In this document: positions 16,912 through 27,146 of the stretch, piece by piece
Position numbering within the stretch: position 1 is the stretch's first letter
Layout: each line of letters opens with the position of its first letter
DNA from: Macrostomum lignano
Taxonomy: Eukaryota
DNA length: 37,795 bases
Reading direction: 5' to 3'
Assembly: GCA_002269645.1 (NCBI GenBank)
Contig: NIVC01000520.1
Span: 1-37,795, forward strand
The notes under the pieces: generated by a model
What the model saw: only the letters and a program-made list of their open reading frames with translations
Database searches by the model: none
What the model was told of the DNA's origin: nothing
Program-made: the position numbers and the translations under genes

Positions 16912-19900
16912 CTGCGGGGGCAGGAGCGTAGTGAGGTGAGAGAAAGATTTAGAGAGAAAAATAAGAAGGGTGGGACAACAGAAGCAGAGTGAGACAACAG
17001 AGAAGCACAGTGAGACAACAGAGAGAAGCAGAGTGAGACAACAGAGAAGCAGAGTGAGACAACAGAGAGAAGCACAGTGAGACAACAGAGAAGCACAGTG
17101 AGACAACAGAGAGAAGCAGAGTGAGAAAACAGAGAGAAGCAGAGTGAGACAACAGAGAAGCACAATGAGACAACAGACAGAAGCACAGTGAGACAACAGA
17201 GAGAAGCACAGTGAGACAACAGAGAAGCACAGTGAGACAACAGACAGAAGCACAGTGAGACAACAGAGAGAAGCACAGTGAGACAACAGAGAAGCACAGT
17301 GAGACAACAGAGAAGCAGAGTGAGACAACAGAGAGAAGCAGAGTGAGACAACAGACAGAAGCACAGTGAGACAACAGAAAGAAGCAGAGTGAGACAACAG
17401 AGAAGCACAGTGAGACAACAGAGAGAAGCACAGTGAGACAACAGACAGAAGCACAGTGAGACAACAGAGAAGCAGAGTGAGACAACAGAGAGAAGCACAG
17501 TGAGACAACAGAGAAGCACAGTGAGACAACAGACAGAAGCACAGTGAGACAACAGAAAGAAGCAGAGTGAGACAACAGAGAAGCACAGTGAGACAACAGA
17601 GAGAAGCACAGTGAGACAACAGAGAAGCACAGTGAGACAACAGAGAGAAGCAGAGTGAGAAAACAGAGAGAAGCAGAGTGAGACAACAGAGAAGCAGAGT
17701 GAGACAACAGAGAGAAGCAGAGTGAGACAACAGACAGAAGCACAGTGAGACAACAGAAAGAAGCAGAGTGAGACAACAGAGAAGCACAGTGAGACAACAG
17801 AGAGAAGCACAGTGAGACAACAGACAGAAGCACAGTGAGACAACAGAGAAGCAGAGTGAGACAACAGAGAGAAGCAGAGTGAGACAACAGAGAGAAGCAG
17901 AGTGAGACAACAGACAGAAGCACAGTGAGACAACAGAAAGAAGCAGAGTGAGACAACAGAGAAGCACAGTGAGACAACAGAGAGAAGCACAGTGAGACAA
18001 CAGAGAAGCACAGTGAGACAACAGAGAGAAGCAGAGTGAGAAAACAGAGAGAAGCAGAGTGAGACAACAGAGAAGCAGAGTGAGACATTGAGACAACAGA
18101 CAGAAGCACAGTGAGACAACAGAGAAGCAGAGTGAGACAAGCAGCAGGGGCACTCACCTGGAGCGCTGAACATAAACTTATAAGCTTCGAGCTCATCATT
18201 GCAGACGGCACCGCGCTTGACCCCCTGGCTCTTGCCGGTGAGCGAGTCGGCCAGAGCGGCCAGGTCCTGACGGCCAACCAGCCACTCGGGCAGCCGGGGC
18301 AGCTGGAAGAAGAACAGGTGCCAGGCGCGGAAGAACTGCGACCGGGTGCTGCGCAGGCAGGTGTGATAGGCCAGCGGGTGCGGCGCGTTCAGCAGCACCA
18401 GGCGGTCAACCATGGCGGGCCGGGCCGCGGCCAGGGACCAGGCCACCGCGCCACCGACATCGTGACCGACCAGGTGGCACCGGGTGTAGCCTGGGAACGG
18501 CGTATTGGAGATCTCATTGCGCTGCTGGGAGATTTCTAAATTCTGCTCCCCAATCTGGGAGATTTCCAGATGCTGATCCCCAATTTGGGAGAATTCCAGA
18601 TGCAGATCCCCAATTTGGGAGATTTCCAGATGCAGATCCTCAATTTAGGAGAATTCCAGATGCTGATCCCCAATTTGGGAGATTTCCAGATGCAGATCCC
18701 CAATTTAGGAGAATTCCAGATGCAGATCCCCAATTTGGGAGATTTTCAGATGCTGATCCCCAATCTGGGAGATTTCCAGATGCTGATCCCCAATTTGGGA
18801 GATTTCCAGATGCTCATCCCCAATTTGGGAGATTTCCAGATGCAGATCCCCAATTTGTGAGAATTCCAGATGCTGATCCCCAATTTGAGAGATTTCCAGA
18901 TGCTGATCCCCAATTTGGGAGAATTCCAGATGCTGATCCCCAATTTGAGAGATTTACAGATGCTGATCCCCAATTTGAGAGATTTACAGATGCTGATCCC
19001 CAATTTGGGAGAATTCCAGATGCTGATCCTCAATTTGGGAGAATTCCAGATGCTGATCCCCAATTTGGGAGAATTCCAGATGCTGATCCTCAATTTGGGA
19101 GAATTCCAGATGCTGATCCTCAATTTGGGAGAATTCCAGATGCTGATCCTCAATTTGGGAGATTTCCAGATGCTTGTCAACAAAGTTTGGTAAACATTAG
19201 AAGTAGCAGTCAGAGATTATTGTCAATAAAGTTTCGCACAACTCACCCAGAGCGAGAATGGCTTGCCGAACATCGTCCACTAAATGAACCATGCGATATC
19301 GCTCTATACCTGCGGGCTTATCGGTGTCTCCGTAGCCACGCATGTCTATGGCCACAACCCTGAAATGGAGTTAGAATATTGTCCAATGAGAATATATATG
19401 CAGATAGGGGCTCAGTTTGACAAGTGAAATTCCTGTTAAATATATTTACTAAGCACTAATAAGACGACGAGGCATTTATGTTATTTTAATAGTGTCATAG
19501 TTACTCCCACCGTTTACCCAAAGCGTCACGATAAGGTGGTTAGGGTCAGCAAGAGACTTGCCTGAAATGCTTCGCCAATTCGCTGTTCAGCTGATGCCGC
19601 CAGCTGAACCAAAACTCAGGAAATCCGTGCAGCAGAAGCAGCAGCGGCTTGCTTGGGTCTCCATTAGCAACACAGTGCATGGTTAAGTTCTGGTTTGGGA
19701 ATGGAGAGCGATAGTCAGCTGCATTTATGGTGAGTTCATTTTTTGGTTTTTAAGCATGAAGTACTGTGTGCTCCTACACAGCATTCAACCCAGACTAGCC
19801 TAGCTCAGATTACTGATAAGTACAAGCTACTTATAATTAAATATAATTATTTTAAAGAAACCATTTTTGATATTCAAAAGAAATGTAACTATAATTTTTA

Positions 19901-22900
19901 AGTATGCTCATTTAAGCTCCGCTTGAGCAGGCGACCAACCCGCGAGGCAGAGGCAGCTCTGGCAGCTGTCTACCTGCAGCGCCAACAAGCGGCTGTCGAT
20001 GACGCCATTCAGGCTGTCTCTGCCGCTGGGCCCGATGCCAGAGGGCGCGTGGCCTGGTCCGCCATCAACGCTCTGACGGGACGAAAGCGGCGCAATCCGC
20101 TGAACCTGGCTGGTGACACGCCGGACGAGCGTAGGAACGAGCTGCGCGAGTTCTTCGCCGCCATCGTCAACGCGCCGCCACCCCCGCTGCCAGACAGTCT
20201 GACGCTGCCGCCGGAGACGCCGCTGCCGGCAGAGGAGAGTTTCAGCGTAGCCCCAGTCAACGCAGCCGACGTTGTCAAGCTCGCCCAGCAGTCACCGGGC
20301 GGGAAAGCGCTGGGTCCGGACGAGGTGCCCATCGAGGCGCTGCGCATCCCCTGTGTGGCCGCTGAGGTCGCCAGAGTGATGAACCGCGTGCTCTTCGGTG
20401 AGGCGGCGCCCAACGAATGGACCACGGCGCACATCGTCGCTGTTCCAAAGAAGCCGGGCACCACTAGGCTTGAAGACCATCGAGGCATCTGCCTTCAGTC
20501 CTGTGCAGCGAAGCTGTTCAACCGGATGCTGCTTTCGCGGTTGCAGCCCGTGCTGGATCCGTACCTGCGCCCAGAGCAGAACGGGTTCCGGCCCCATCGC
20601 GGCACAGTGGCGCAGATCCTGGCTCTTCGCCGAGTCATCGAGGAGGCGCGGATTCGTCAGTCGATACTGATTTTAATCTTTATTGATTTCAAGAAGGCAT
20701 TCGACTCGGTTGTCAGAGCCGTGCTTCCAATGGTGCTCCGCGCGTACAACGTGCCTGAGCAGCTGATCTCCGCCGTCATGGCGATGTACCGTGATACGAC
20801 AGCTGCTGTGACAACACCGGACGGCCTATCGGACTCCTTTGAGACATCCTCCGGAGTGCTTCAGGGAGATACGCTGGCGCCGTTTCTGTTCGTCCTGGTG
20901 CTTGACTGGGTGCTGCGGACTGCTCTTCCTACCGACGACGACGGTTTTCTGCTGCAGCGACGCGTGGGTCGACGTCAACCGGAGAAGCGGCTCAGCGTGC
21001 TTGGCTACGCCGACGACCTCGCCCTGCTGTCCTCGACCGTCGAGGGCGCCCAACGGCAGCTGGACAGGCTGGTTGCCGTTGCGGCGAGTGTCGGCCTGGT
21101 GGTCAACACGCAGAAGACCGTTGTGCTCTGCGTGCCGGACGACATCGAGGCTGCAATATTTTGCCGAGGCGCTGACGGGCAGGCGACCGAACTCCCGCGA
21201 TGTCAGCAGTTCGTCTACCTCGGCGGTCTGGTTCCAGACGCTCGCGAGGACCTGCGACGCCGCCGCGGGCTTGCCTGGGCTGCCTTTCGTTCTGTGAGGG
21301 CAGTCCTGCAGTCCGAGGCCCTACCGGACCGCCAGAGGGCGGCGCTGTTCCAGGCGGTAATCGAGACCGTCCTGCTGTACAACGCCGAGACCTGGACGCT
21401 GACGGACTCACTCGAACAGCAAGTCGATGCGGCGCACGCTGGTCTGCTGCGCGCCGCCTTCAACATCGGCGTCGAGCGAGTCACCAACGCGGCACTCTAT
21501 CGCCGCGCTGGCCTGCCACGTCCAAGTGATCTACTGCGCCGTCGGCGACTCCAGCTCGCAGGCCATCTCATCCGCGCCGAGTCGTACTGCCCACAGCCGG
21601 TGCAGGAGGTGCTGCTGCTCACGCTGCAGGCACCCTACCGGCGAGGTCAAGCGCGAACTCGGCGTTATGTCGACTGTCTGCTGGCTGACGCCGGCGCCCC
21701 GGACACTGCCGGTGGCGCGGCCTTTGTTCGCGCCCAAGCCATGAAGCGCGCCCTGTGACGCTGACTTTTACCATCATGACAGCGTATTTTGTTGTTGTTT
21801 TGTTGTCATTTATACACATATATTTAACTATTTCAAGGCTTGATCAACATATGAATATATTATGTTGAACTTTGCTTTGTTGCAAGTGACAATAATAGCA
21901 AAAACAATAATATTAATATTGAATAAAAATAAAAATATTGATTCAAGATGTCTGTGAGTTTATCAAGTTATCAAAGTTTATCTATAGTTTATCAAAAGAT
22001 TATCATATAATAATTGTTTTTTGTTCCATATTTTCACTTCAACAATCACAATCAAACAAAAAAACAGCAAAACCAAGAATGGGGGCCTATAAATTTACTT
22101 TTGTTTGATCATTTAAATGGATGGAGAGATTGTATATAAATGATTGTAAGATGAAAGTGAAAGATATCTATTTTATTTTCTATTACCTCAATGGTAAAAT
22201 TACATGTAGGCAACAGTAGCACAAAAGTAAAAAAAGAATGCAGTTTTTGAGCAAACAAATTTCAGTCAGTCAAATTTAGTCAAATTTAACACATGCTTTA
22301 TGCCATGTTTATTTTTCTACATATTTTTGTGTAAACATGTGTGTCACCTATTACTTTCATCATAAAACTATATCTAATTATAGAATATATTTAATTTCTA
22401 TTGAAGGGATCATAAGATGAACGTGAAGGAAAGCATGCATGTCTGCACAAAACATGCTAAAAGTCAAATATGAACATAAGCCTATATATTTAGTTTTGAC
22501 AAATTCTGACATTATTTGGGACTTTGTCTCTAGAATGACTAAAATTTGTTACTTTGCAAATTACATTCAACTTTATTTCTTATACTATAATCCATTACAT
22601 GTAATTTTATACAATATAGATGATTATAAAACAAAATAGATCTTCCTTACTTTTTTCCTACAACCATTTTAATACAATTTCTATATTTAAATGATTGTAG
22701 AATAAAAGTGAATATATAGGCTCTATTTGTAAAGATGTAAGTCAAATTTTAGCAGATATATACGTAGAAAAATACAGAAAAATATGGATGACATTTTATC
22801 TACTACCTTCTGTCTCTCCAAAAAGTAAAGAATTTAATGCAAAGATTAAATTTAATGCCTGGGAAACATTTTTCTATAGCCCCAAGCCTACTGCCAAGCT

Positions 22901-24797
22901 CAGGCCTATAGTGGAAAAGACAAGGACGACTTAAGTAGAAGGACGGGAAACCTCGTTTCTTAGAAAATTTTTGAAGGCACTTTTTCCCAAAAAATACACT
23001 ACGGAGATAAGAAATTTTCATTTTTCAGCACAAAAATTGCTATTACTTTTGATAGGAGGCAGATTCAGTGTTCATCTTTTGATATGTTGTGCCTTTTTTA
23101 TTGCTCTATCGATATTTATAAATCTTTTTGTTCAGAAAATTAACTTTCTATGTTAATTTTTTATTCTACGTATATTTTCATGCGTCTTGTGCTTGAAATA
23201 CATTAAAATGCCACGGCTCAGCTCTTTGGTTTTATGAGTCTATTTTGTCATTTTTAACTGACTGTGTAGCAAATATTCGTAACAGAGATGATAAAATAGA
23301 TTCATAAAACCAAATATTGGAGCTGTGTCATGCATTTTTGTGATTTTCAGGTACAGGAAATATCCGTAGAATAAAAAATTAACATAGAAAGCTAATTTTC
23401 TGAACAAAAAGTTTTATAAATATTGATAGAGCTATAAAAAAGGCACAACATATCAAAAGATAAACACTGGATCTGCCTCCTATCAAAAGTAATAGCATTT
23501 TTTGTGCTGAAAAAATGAAAATTTCCTATCTCCGTAGTGTATTTTTTCGGGAAAAAGTGCCTTAAAAAATTTTCTAAGAAACGAGGTTTCCCGTCCTTCT
23601 ACTTAAGTCGTCCTTGGGAAAAGATTGTAGTCTCTCTCCTATCAATATGCAACTGTATTTAACTTTGTAGGGAGACTAAAAGGTCTTAGCTCTCTTCTCT
23701 ATCTTACTATAAACCAAAAAGGAATTCAATAGTTAACCATTTATAAATTAAAAGGCCTACTCTAGGCATTTTTGTCAGAGAAAAAATATGCTTTAGAATG
23801 CTTTATGCTTTAGTATAATTATTAATAAAATGTTTTTGCTATTTTCCCTATTTAGCATTTACCAGATATATAGGCCTACTAGCATTAGATGAGGCCTATC
23901 TATCACTATTGTTGATTGGCACTAGTACAAATTCAAATGAAAAATAATTTGATACTACATATACTATGGTATTAAAGTAGCTAAACTACTTTAACTACTT
24001 CAACAAAGAAATGACTAAATTAGAAAAATTGGTTTGCATGGTTTGGTTTGCAATTGAAATCCTTGGCAAATTAGCAAACAGTGATTGCTGTTAGTTACTA
24101 TCAATAAACATTTGAACTTGCACGAGTATAAGATGTTGCAGTAACATGGCAGGCATCGATGTTATGTCTATAGTTACTAGTTTGAGATGACTAGGCCTAA
24201 AGTCTATGTCTATCATGAAAACCTGCAATTGCTCCCTGTTTTTTAAAAGGGACAAGGTAGGAAAGACTGGGATCCTGAGAGAATTCTTGCCTTGCTTGCT
24301 TTCCTGAGAAATCTTGATCATCAATCTTGAGCAACAACTCTTTTTGCTCCTTGCTTATTGTGCAGCCCAAAGGGGGGCACTGGATTGCTAGGCAGGCCCT
24401 AGTTTTATATACTTATACTATACATAGAATATAGTATAGACATATAGGGCCATAGGCATAGGCCTAGCATAGCATATCAGTCTAAGCTACTTTATTTAAA
24501 TCAAAGCAGAATGATTGTCATTAACACTTTAGCTTTAGGCCACAGCAATCGTTTTAAAATAAAAGAAGGGCTAGGACAATGAAGGTTATATCATTAGAAC
24601 TTTCTTACCTGCAGATGAAGAAAACATGATTTTCCATATTGCCATTTTGTTAAAACTTTTGGTCTGCTTCGAAACTTTGGACTAGCAACTGCTTTTTTGC
24701 CATAAAGAATACATGACAGCAAAAGTTTGACAATAAATAATATAGCATATATAAGTCCTATTAGGAAGGCTATACAGAATCCGACTTTATTCATCAT
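16590..24797 (-). CDS. EPHX3/EPHX4-like alpha/beta-fold hydrolase with N-terminal membrane anchor, ~361 aa after correcting one frameshift; complement(join(16590..16911,18158..18490,19247..19359,19562..19689,24609..24797))
   Basis: Motifs: [17 protein letters not shown] (oxyanion HGFP), [23 protein letters not shown] (nucleophile Asp), [23 protein letters not shown] (acid) and [13 protein letters not shown] (catalytic His, reached only after a +1 correction at 16702-16706). Joined length is 1085 nt, one short of 362 codons. Confidence 0.88.
16965..18140. repeat. 21/23-bp minisatellite (GAGACAACAGAG[AG]AAGCA[C/G]AGT), ~50 copies
   Basis: Fills EPHX-like intron 4. Confidence 0.96.
18158..18490 (-). 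CDS. EPHX-like exon 4 (nucleophile elbow, cap)
   Basis: tcccag|GC TAC ... CCA G|gtgagt; [38 protein letters not shown]...[18 protein letters not shown]. Confidence 0.93.
18520..19172. repeat. 30-bp minisatellite (GATGCTGATCCCCAATTTGGGAGATTTCCA), ~21 copies
   Basis: Fills EPHX-like intron 3. Confidence 0.96.
19247..19359 (-). CDS. EPHX-like exon 3
   Basis: tttcag|G GTT GTG ... CTG G|gtgagt; [38 protein letters not shown]. Confidence 0.92.
19562..19689 (-). CDS. EPHX-like exon 2 (HGFP motif); followed by a GC donor
   Basis: aaccag|AAC TTA ACC ATG ... TTC AG|gcaagt; [43 protein letters not shown]. Confidence 0.92.
19914..21805 (+). mobile_element. 5'-truncated non-LTR retrotransposon (LINE, RTE-like RT), antisense in EPHX-like intron 1
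   Basis: GC-rich block in AT-rich intron DNA; RT ORF; short 3' UTR ending in (TTG)n-like tail; candidate 6-bp target-site duplication TCATTT at 19908-19913 and 21806-21811. Confidence 0.88.
19923..21758 (+). CDS. Reverse transcriptase domain of non-LTR retrotransposon (no endonuclease domain, no true start codon)
   Basis: Motifs [68 protein letters not shown] in an uninterrupted 611-codon frame. Confidence 0.92.
   Translation: MSRRPTREAEAALAAVYLQRQQAAVDDAIQAVSAAGPDARGRVAWSAINALTGRKRRNPLNLAGDTPDERRNELREFFAAIVNAPPPPLPDSLTLPPETPLPAEESFSVAPVNAADVVKLAQQSPGGKALGPDEVPIEALRIPCVAAEVARVMNRVLFGEAAPNEWTTAHIVAVPKKPGTTRLEDHRGICLQSCAAKLFNRMLLSRLQPVLDPYLRPEQNGFRPHRGTVAQILALRRVIEEARIRQSILILIFIDFKKAFDSVVRAVLPMVLRAYNVPEQLISAVMAMYRDTTAAVTTPDGLSDSFETSSGVLQGDTLAPFLFVLVLDWVLRTALPTDDDGFLLQRRVGRRQPEKRLSVLGYADDLALLSSTVEGAQRQLDRLVAVAASVGLVVNTQKTVVLCVPDDIEAAIFCRGADGQATELPRCQQFVYLGGLVPDAREDLRRRRGLAWAAFRSVRAVLQSEALPDRQRAALFQAVIETVLLYNAETWTLTDSLEQQVDAAHAGLLRAAFNIGVERVTNAALYRRAGLPRPSDLLRRRRLQLAGHLIRAESYCPQPVQEVLLLTLQAPYRRGQARTRRYVDCLLADAGAPDTAGGAAFVRAQAMKRAL
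22921..23616. mobile_element. Non-autonomous fold-back/MITE DNA transposon (696 bp, almost entirely palindromic; hAT or P superfamily by TSD and termini)
   Basis: Begins CAAGGACGACTTAAGTAG and ends CTACTTAAGTCGTCCTTG; the arms stay complementary nearly to the centre (~23255-23285); flanked by the exact 8-bp direct repeat GGAAAAGA (22913-22920, 23617-23624). Confidence 0.9.
24609..24797 (-). CDS. EPHX-like exon 1 (signal anchor)
   Basis: [35 protein letters not shown]...[21 protein letters not shown]|gtaag, phase 0; fits the TM anchor and RP-x-x-L segment that precedes the catalytic domain in this family. Confidence 0.72.
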
Positions 24798-26558
24798 ACT
24801 TCGTTTTCTACTTTTCTTACGTGTGTTCTTAAGTGTGATGCTGGTAAATGCTGTAGTTATGTTTTGAGTAAAAATTTAATATGCACTTATGCTACTCAGA
24901 TGATTCTTACTAGGAAAATTTAACTCTAATAGATTAGATAATCGAAAAAAAACTTCGATAGCAATTTATTGTCGTACATTCGCTAAAGTAGTAAGTAGTA
25001 GTAAGAGAATTTGGCTCAGGCAATTAGCCTGTTTGGCCAATATATTATAGAGCTATGTATTTGGAATTTTCGAATATAGAAGTTTATAAAGACGATTTGA
25101 CGACGATTTGCTGAGTTATTGTAAAAGATAAAGTATTTGAAAGCGCGCCAGAATTTTTACGGTATTTTTAGACGAAAAGTGACGACTAACAACTAACAAC
25201 GAGTATAAATATTAATACAAAAATGAGTACAAATTACGAGGTATAGCTTTAATTAAGGTGTAGCTAAAGCATTTTTCTCACGGTTTCGAGGAATGTTTTC
25301 CATTTGAGTACGTACAGACCTTTAACAAATATATTTCGCTTAAATATGTAACGAACTATTCTTATGAAAAAATGGTTGACAGGAAATTGCTAACTAAAAT
25401 AAATAAAATTAAGCTTTTATTCTGGCTAAGCGTTGAGCGCATCCAATTTGCAATGGCCAGTAAACGTAGACAATCAATATCTGAGAAACAAGTGAATCGG
25501 TACACTAATATTTCATTACTAATTATTAATGTAATAAAGTACGCTATGCTTGAGATATGAATGATTTTAAGTTATACATCTGGTAATTAAAATGGTACAC
25601 ACTGATTGTGCACTACTTTATCATTGTGCAACAAACCTGCAGTTTGCAACAAGTCCATGCAGTATTACAAAGTCAATGCGTGTATGAATAGAAAGATTTA
25701 TATACGAGCGTACATACGTAACTGTCTAATAATAATACAGAAACAATCAGAAAAATTTTATACTAGCTCTATTTTAAGCGTAGGTTGAGAAGCATGACTG
25801 GTTATTTTAGCTATTTCTCTAATCCTTCCGTCGATCTTTTCCCAATTGAACAATGAAGCAGCCTCCTTTTTTCAAATAAATCCCGACGTCAAGGAGCAAA
25901 TTAAATTGCTAGTATTACATCCGTAGCTAGGTATTCAGCCAATCTGTTATCCAAATTAGTGAATAGTGACTGGTACATGTACGAGCGTATGTAAATCGCT
26001 ATATTCGAATAGCAAAAAAAGTTTTTTATTTATTCACATGTACAAAAATACAATGCAGTCATACTTGAAATGTTGCAATAAACAAAATTGTGCACAATAA
26101 ACAAATAGCAAAAAACAGTTGAACAATATAATTCTTAGCTGAGGAATACTAATGGAAATTTGATTAAAGGAAAGAATTTATTATTCAAATAGCTTCAGAG
26201 TTGGTGAGTTGGTTTGAAAACAAGCTGGACCACACGATTCGACCAAAATTGTGACTCTCAAAATGTTTCAATAGACAAGGTATTTGAATAGGTAAAGTAC
26301 GTTCTGGCAATAGACGATGGCATTTACCTGAAAATTGTACCAATAAAATGCAAGCGTACAATCTATGCATTCAGAAGTATGACAAGTTAAATTTGAGTCA
26401 GGCGTTGCATTAAAACCAAGAGCTGGAGATAATGCTGGTTGGATATGTAAATATAGTAGGCCTCACTGACAACGACAAACAAATTGGTAATAATATCGTA
26501 ATGCAAGGAAATATAAAACTTGTTTCGATTTTGCTTCGATTGTAATATAATAAACATT

Positions 26559-27146
26559 TCAGGTGTTGAGATCGCCAAAGAACAGGGTGTCAATCTGGCG
26601 ACAGGCTCGCTCAGCGGAGTTGGACCGACCCAACGAATTCTGCGCCAGCTGCCTGCCATCGATGCCAAGCGCCAACGAGGTTGACTGCGGCTGCTGCGGC
26701 TGCTGCTGCTGAAGCCGTCGGCCAAATGCGGCCTTTAGCGCCGCTGTCGGTTGAAGCGTCGTCTGGCACGCGGCGCCAGCGGACGGAGCCGGGGGCCACG
26801 ATAGATCCTCGTCTGAGCAGCCCCGGCCGCTATCAGACTGGGCGCCGTCAATTGCAGCAGCTGCCGCGGCGCTAGTCGAACACCGGGACACTTCCGTGAC
26901 GTCTGTTGACGTCGTCAGGGTGCCCGCTGCCGAGGACGGACTGACGGAGTCCTCGCTAATTTGCTGAAGCCAGTGGCTGCTGGCTGCCGGATGGTGCTGG
27001 TGCGGCTGCTGGTGCACGAAAGCCGCCGACGCCGGCCTGGGCAGCGGTTTGCGACTGCCGGCACTGCCGTCAACATGCTGGCAGCGTCGCTGTTGTTGGC
27101 AGCGGTGGCCGCAGCTGCTGGGCAACGTGAGCAGCTGCCGGTGGCA
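26559..27146 (-). CDS. Protocadherin exon 5 (cytoplasmic tail, stop)
   Basis: ttttcag|TGC CAC CGG, phase 0 into track ORF 26559..27125; contains QSDSGRGCSDED; ends RQIDTLFFGDLNT*. Confidence 0.8.
   Translation of the reverse strand, partial: CHRQLLTLPSSCGHRCQQQRRCQHVDGSAGSRKPLPRPASAAFVHQQPHQHHPAASSHWLQQISEDSVSPSSAAGTLTTSTDVTEVSRCSTSAAAAAAIDGAQSDSGRGCSDEDLSWPPAPSAGAACQTTLQPTAALKAAFGRRLQQQQPQQPQSTSLALGIDGRQLAQNSLGRSNSAERACRQIDTLFFGDLNT

Noticed and set aside
16842-18277. 400-530-aa hydrophobic Cys/Leu/Ser ORFs
   Set aside because: Read-through of a stop-free 21/23-bp intronic array; the real exon ends at the GTGAGT donor at 18157.
20009-21819. Overlapping alternative-frame and antisense ORFs in the LINE
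   Set aside because: Expected shadows of GC-rich coding DNA; no recognisable motifs.
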